26,175 nt of DNA from a virus (lineage: Duplodnaviria > Caudoviricetes). Every line of letters starts with the position of its first letter. Within the stretch, counting starts at the first letter, position 1. The stretch is taken from IMG/VR virus record IMGVR_UViG_3300033067_001491, positions 1 to 26,175 of that record; one strand, 5' to 3'. Positions 23,117 through 26,175 of this stretch are shown here, piece after piece. The translations under genes were made by a program, and so were the position numbers. The notes beneath the pieces were generated by a model that was not told the DNA's origin, did not search any database, and saw only the letters and a program-made list of their open reading frames with translations.

Positions 23117-24082
23117 TCAGGATGCCTTCGGCTGCACGCGCGCGAGGTTCCACGCTGTCACCGCGGCGCGGCTGGCGATGACGCGGCGCGAGCCGGTCAC
23201 CTCGAACACGGGCAGGCCCGTCGAGCGGTACCGCTGCGCCGTGTCCTCGCTGACGCCGAGCGCGTCTGCGATCTCTTTCCAGCCCTCGAGGTCGTATCCC
23301 GGAACGCGCATCGTCTCGCTCTCCTCTGCGGCCTCGCTCGCCAGCCGCGCAGGCAAGATGCCCTTGGCGATCAGCATCGGCTCTGCGACGGCACGGATAC
23401 CCCGCACGAGCAGCCCGACGTGGTGCGCCGTCCATTCGCTGCCGAGGCGCTCGGCTACCTGCGCCGCGCTCAGCGGCACGCGCGTCGCGACGAGGCCCTT
23501 ACGCCCCGGCGCGATGCGCCCGACCAGCGGGCGACCCTCGGCGCGCGCGAGGTAGATCGCGAGCTGCGCGGCCTGCCCGAGCACATGCGGCCCGACCGTG
23601 CGCGGCGAGCGCGTCACGACGTCGAGCACGCGATCGACCTCGATCACGTCGTCGCGACCCGACGGCATGCGGATCGCACCGCCACTCGTGCGCGACCTCG
23701 CGCCGAAGCGCCCGGGGTCGCTCGTGGAGCGCACCGGGCAGCCGTCATCCACGACGCGCGCGCGGTGCTCGTGCAGCGCCGCCCAGCCGCGGAAGCGCGA
23801 GCGCGTCACCGCGTCGTCGTCGCCTGCCACGGACCGCGCGATGGCGCGCCGCTGCGCCTGCGTGAGCCTCGATGCGCCCCGCGGCGGGCGTAGCCACTCG
23901 CCCGACGGCGGCAGCTCGTGCGCGGGCTCCTGCGCGGCGCGTAGCCGGTCGCGGCACAGGCGACACGTCACGGTGACCGCCTCGTCGGTGACGTCGACCG
24001 CGAGCATGCCGCAGAGCGAGACGCGCAGGTCGAGGCCCTCGCCCGCCTGGCGCTCGCGGCGCATGTGCAGGGCTCGCGTCAA
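23117..24082 (-). CDS. Putative DNA-binding regulator: N-terminal Zn-finger-like motif, C-terminal Xis/MerR-like HTH, about 321 aa
   Basis: TTG 24082 in a TTGA overlap (or ATG 24064). H...LCG...VTCRLC at the N-terminus; LEGWKEIADALGVSEDTAQRY...GLPV at the C-terminus. Confidence 0.72.
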   Translation of the reverse strand: MTRALHMRRERQAGEGLDLRVSLCGMLAVDVTDEAVTVTCRLCRDRLRAAQEPAHELPPSGEWLRPPRGASRLTQAQRRAIARSVAGDDDAVTRSRFRGWAALHEHRARVVDDGCPVRSTSDPGRFGARSRTSGGAIRMPSGRDDVIEVDRVLDVVTRSPRTVGPHVLGQAAQLAIYLARAEGRPLVGRIAPGRKGLVATRVPLSAAQVAERLGSEWTAHHVGLLVRGIRAVAEPMLIAKGILPARLASEAAEESETMRVPGYDLEGWKEIADALGVSEDTAQRYRSTGLPVFEVTGSRRVIASRAAVTAWNLARVQPKAS

Positions 24083-24297
24083 CGACCCACCAGCGCCGCG
24101 AGATGTCGCGCCGCGGCGTGCTCGTCGCGCGGCATGGGCCCCTCTCGCAGGCTCACGAGCAGCGTCCGGCACGCGGCCCGCAGTGCGTCGAGCTCGTTCC
24201 GCAGCCTGTCGCGCTCGGCCTCGAGCTTGCGCTCGCGATCGCGCGGCTGGTCTCGCCACGTCGTGCGCTCGTCGAGCGCCCACACCTCGTCAGCCAC
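24079..24297 (-). CDS. Hypothetical coiled-coil protein, 72 aa
   Basis: GTG start overlapping the upstream stop, with GGGAGG upstream; LEAERDRLRNELDALRAAC coiled coil. Confidence 0.7.
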   Translation of the reverse strand: MADEVWALDERTTWRDQPRDRERKLEAERDRLRNELDALRAACRTLLVSLREGPMPRDEHAAARHLAALVGR

Positions 24298-24889
24298 GGT
24301 CGGCCTCCCGCAGCCTGCGCCGCTCGGCCTCGACGCGCTCGCGCCACATCCTGTCGTGCGACTCGCGCCACTCGGCGAGCGTCATCCCGTCGAGGTAGCT
24401 GCCGGGGTACACGTTCACGACCACGTTGCCCTCCGACCCCTCGCCTCGCGCGGGAGACGGCACGGCGCTACCGTCCGGCGGATGCCCGCCCGCGTCGAGG
24501 TCGTGATCTGCCGTGCCTGCGCGCACGTCCACGACGACGACGCCCGCCCGCTCCGCTGCGCTGGCTGCGGGGTCGCGCTCGTCGAGGTCGTCCGCGTCGG
24601 CCTCGCGGTCGACGGCGCTGCCGCCGAGGCTCGCGAGATCCGCGACAAGCACAAGCGCCGCCGCGCACGCTGAGACCGTCGCGTCTCGCGCGGCGCTCTT
24701 CGCCATCTCGTCAGCGGATCGCTTCAACGCGGCCACGAGCGCGCCCTCTCCGTTCGCGCCGACAGGCGCGTTGCCCATGCTGGCAGCGGTCGCCTTCCAG
24801 AACGCCGCCTCGGTCGCCGTGCGCGCCGCGCACGCGAGGTGCTCGAATGCCGTCCGCTCGCGCGGCTCGTTGTCGCTGTCGTCGCTCAT
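24290..24889 (-). CDS. Hypothetical acidic protein, 199 aa
   Basis: Strong GGAGGT RBS; helical N-terminal half, acidic low-complexity middle, charged C-terminus. Confidence 0.7.
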   Translation of the reverse strand: MSDDSDNEPRERTAFEHLACAARTATEAAFWKATAASMGNAPVGANGEGALVAALKRSADEMAKSAARDATVSACAAALVLVADLASLGGSAVDREADADDLDERDPAASAAERAGVVVVDVRAGTADHDLDAGGHPPDGSAVPSPARGEGSEGNVVVNVYPGSYLDGMTLAEWRESHDRMWRERVEAERRRLREADRG

Positions 24890-24935
24890 TTCACCACCTC
24901 CGAAGCCTCTCCGCCGCCCACGCGGGACGGCACGC

Positions 24936-25292
24936 CTACGCCGCCGCTTCCAAGAGCCACGGGAAGTACAACTGCGGTCGCCTGTCGGCCGCCTGCCGCT
25001 TCACCTCGGCGACGTACTGCGGCCACGGGCGATAGCCCTCCGCGCGTCGCCGCCGCTCGTCGTACGCGCGCTCTCGCTCGCGCACCTCGTCGCGCTGCCT
25101 GAGCGCCGCCTTGCGCTCGCGCCACGCCGCGCGCAGCTCGGCCGCCGTCGGCTGGCGCTTCGTGGGCCGCTCCTCGCGCTGACGCCTGCGACGCGCACCG
25201 AGCCGCGCCTCGGCGATCAGCACGTCGTACTCACGCCCGCCGTAGCCGAGCGCGCTCACGAGGTCGTCGTCTTCCCAGATCGAGAGACTCAT
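24936..25292 (-). CDS. Hypothetical Arg-rich protein, 118 aa
   Basis: ATG 25292 overlaps the terminase TGA (ATGA), with GGAGG upstream. Confidence 0.68.
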   Translation of the reverse strand: MSLSIWEDDDLVSALGYGGREYDVLIAEARLGARRRRQREERPTKRQPTAAELRAAWRERKAALRQRDEVRERERAYDERRRRAEGYRPWPQYVAEVKRQAADRRPQLYFPWLLEAAA

Positions 25293-26175
25293 AGCCACCC
25301 TCCTCGCGCCGCTGCCTCGCGGCCTGCTGGCCTGCTGACTGGACCGCTGCTCGTGACCACGCGCGTGACCGCCAGCGCGAGCGCGTCGGCGTGGTCGGGC
25401 GACCGCTTGATCTTCTTCTTGATGTCGTCCTTCGACTCGACCTTGAGGCGGTTCCGCTCGCCGAAGCTGTACGTGGGCGCGAGGAGCTCCACGTCACGCC
25501 GCGGGCACGGGGGCATCGCGCCGACCTTCAACCACTCGGGGATGTCCAGCCACAACTCCGCACGCCGGTTGATGAACTTGTCGTCACGGGTCGCGCGCTC
25601 GCTCGCGCCGATGCCGCGCACGTTCAGGCCCGCGCGGTCGATGTTGTCCACGACGCCCGCGCCCACGCCGTTGACGTCCACGTGCACATACGGGCTCTCG
25701 ACGTCGAAGCGCGTGCCCTCGGCGATCATCTCCGCTTCGCGCTGCGCCGCGAGGCCGAGCGCGTACTTGCGCGCCTCGCCGGCAACCTCGCGCGTGTCGA
25801 GCCCGTGGAACACGACAGGGTGGAACGCGTACGGACCCACGACCGCCTGCAACACCGAGTCATCGTCACCGAAGCGCGCGACGTCCACGCCGACGACGAT
25901 CGGATACGTCCAGTCGGGACGCGCCTGCGCCCACCGGCCGATCGCGATCTCGACTGCCGCAGCGGAGACAACCGAGTTGGCCGCCTGCGCGGGGAACAGC
26001 CCGCGGACCCTCACGTCAAAGACGACGTTGCCCTCGCCGCCGGTCTCCTGCTCGAGCTCGGCGACCGCAGCGCGCGTTGCGAGGCCGGGGAACTCGGAGT
26101 TGTCGTTGATGTAGTTGGGCGTCTCGCGCGAGTCGATGCGGATCACGGGCTGCCGGTCCTTCATCGTCGTGCAGC
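25289..26175 (-). CDS. terL: Terminase large subunit, C-terminal nuclease domain (5' part outside the window)
   Basis: Motifs VRVRGLFP, IVVGVDVARFGDDDSV, VDVNGVGAGVVD, FINRRAELW and KVESKDDIKK...RSPDHADALAL. Confidence 0.95.
   Translation of the reverse strand, partial: CTTMKDRQPVIRIDSRETPNYINDNSEFPGLATRAAVAELEQETGGEGNVVFDVRVRGLFPAQAANSVVSAAAVEIAIGRWAQARPDWTYPIVVGVDVARFGDDDSVLQAVVGPYAFHPVVFHGLDTREVAGEARKYALGLAAQREAEMIAEGTRFDVESPYVHVDVNGVGAGVVDNIDRAGLNVRGIGASERATRDDKFINRRAELWLDIPEWLKVGAMPPCPRRDVELLAPTYSFGERNRLKVESKDDIKKKIKRSPDHADALALAVTRVVTSSGPVSRPAGREAAARGGWL

Larger units (their letters stand above)
1..26175 (-). mobile_element. Tailed phage/prophage structural region (Mu-like head and neck genes, siphovirus-type tail); both ends extend beyond the window
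   Basis: Co-oriented, tightly coupled terminase, portal, MuF, protease, capsid, neck, tube, chaperone, tape measure and tail tip genes in canonical order. No sheath gene, integrase, att site or host gene is seen, so phage versus prophage cannot be decided. Confidence 0.96.

Noticed and set aside
24886-25125. 79-aa ORF ending in an ATGA overlap, as a possible third frameshift product
   Set aside because: No slippery heptamer found; any ATGA start creates such a stop, and the peptide looks off-frame.
1-26175. Many long plus-strand ORFs (e.g. 16956-19553, 11041-13074, 6933-8816, 24513-26114)
   Set aside because: Antisense shadows of real minus-strand genes in high-GC DNA; Arg/Ala/Pro-rich with no recognisable motifs.
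1-26175. Calling the element a transposable Mu-like phage or a contractile tail system
   Set aside because: Only head and neck genes are Mu-like; no transposase, sheath or baseplate wedge genes are visible in the window.

Overview
The whole window is the morphogenesis region of a very GC-rich tailed phage or prophage, with every credible gene on the minus strand and most joined by ATGA/GTGA/TGATG overlaps. Read right to left it contains: the C-terminal nuclease half of a large terminase; five unexpected genes (three unknowns, a Zn-finger/HTH protein and a Cys-rich lipoprotein); a 176-bp regulatory gap; a Mu-like head and neck module (DUF935-type portal, MuF, protease/scaffold, decoration protein, major capsid, gp36-like and gpG-like proteins); and a non-contractile tail (terminator, tube, G/GT chaperone, tape measure, tail tip and fibre genes). 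Next come a membrane-protein cluster that looks like a lysis cassette without an endolysin, a second fibre/adaptor module, and a truncated lipoprotein. The most striking feature is a probable programmed -1 frameshift (C CCU UUC plus a hairpin, 21190-21220) that would fuse the portal to MuF, in addition to the classical G GGA AAC tail-chaperone shift. Family names come from recognising motifs by eye, not from database searches. The host is unknown; the GC content and Cys-rich lipoproteins hint at Myxococcota (inference).
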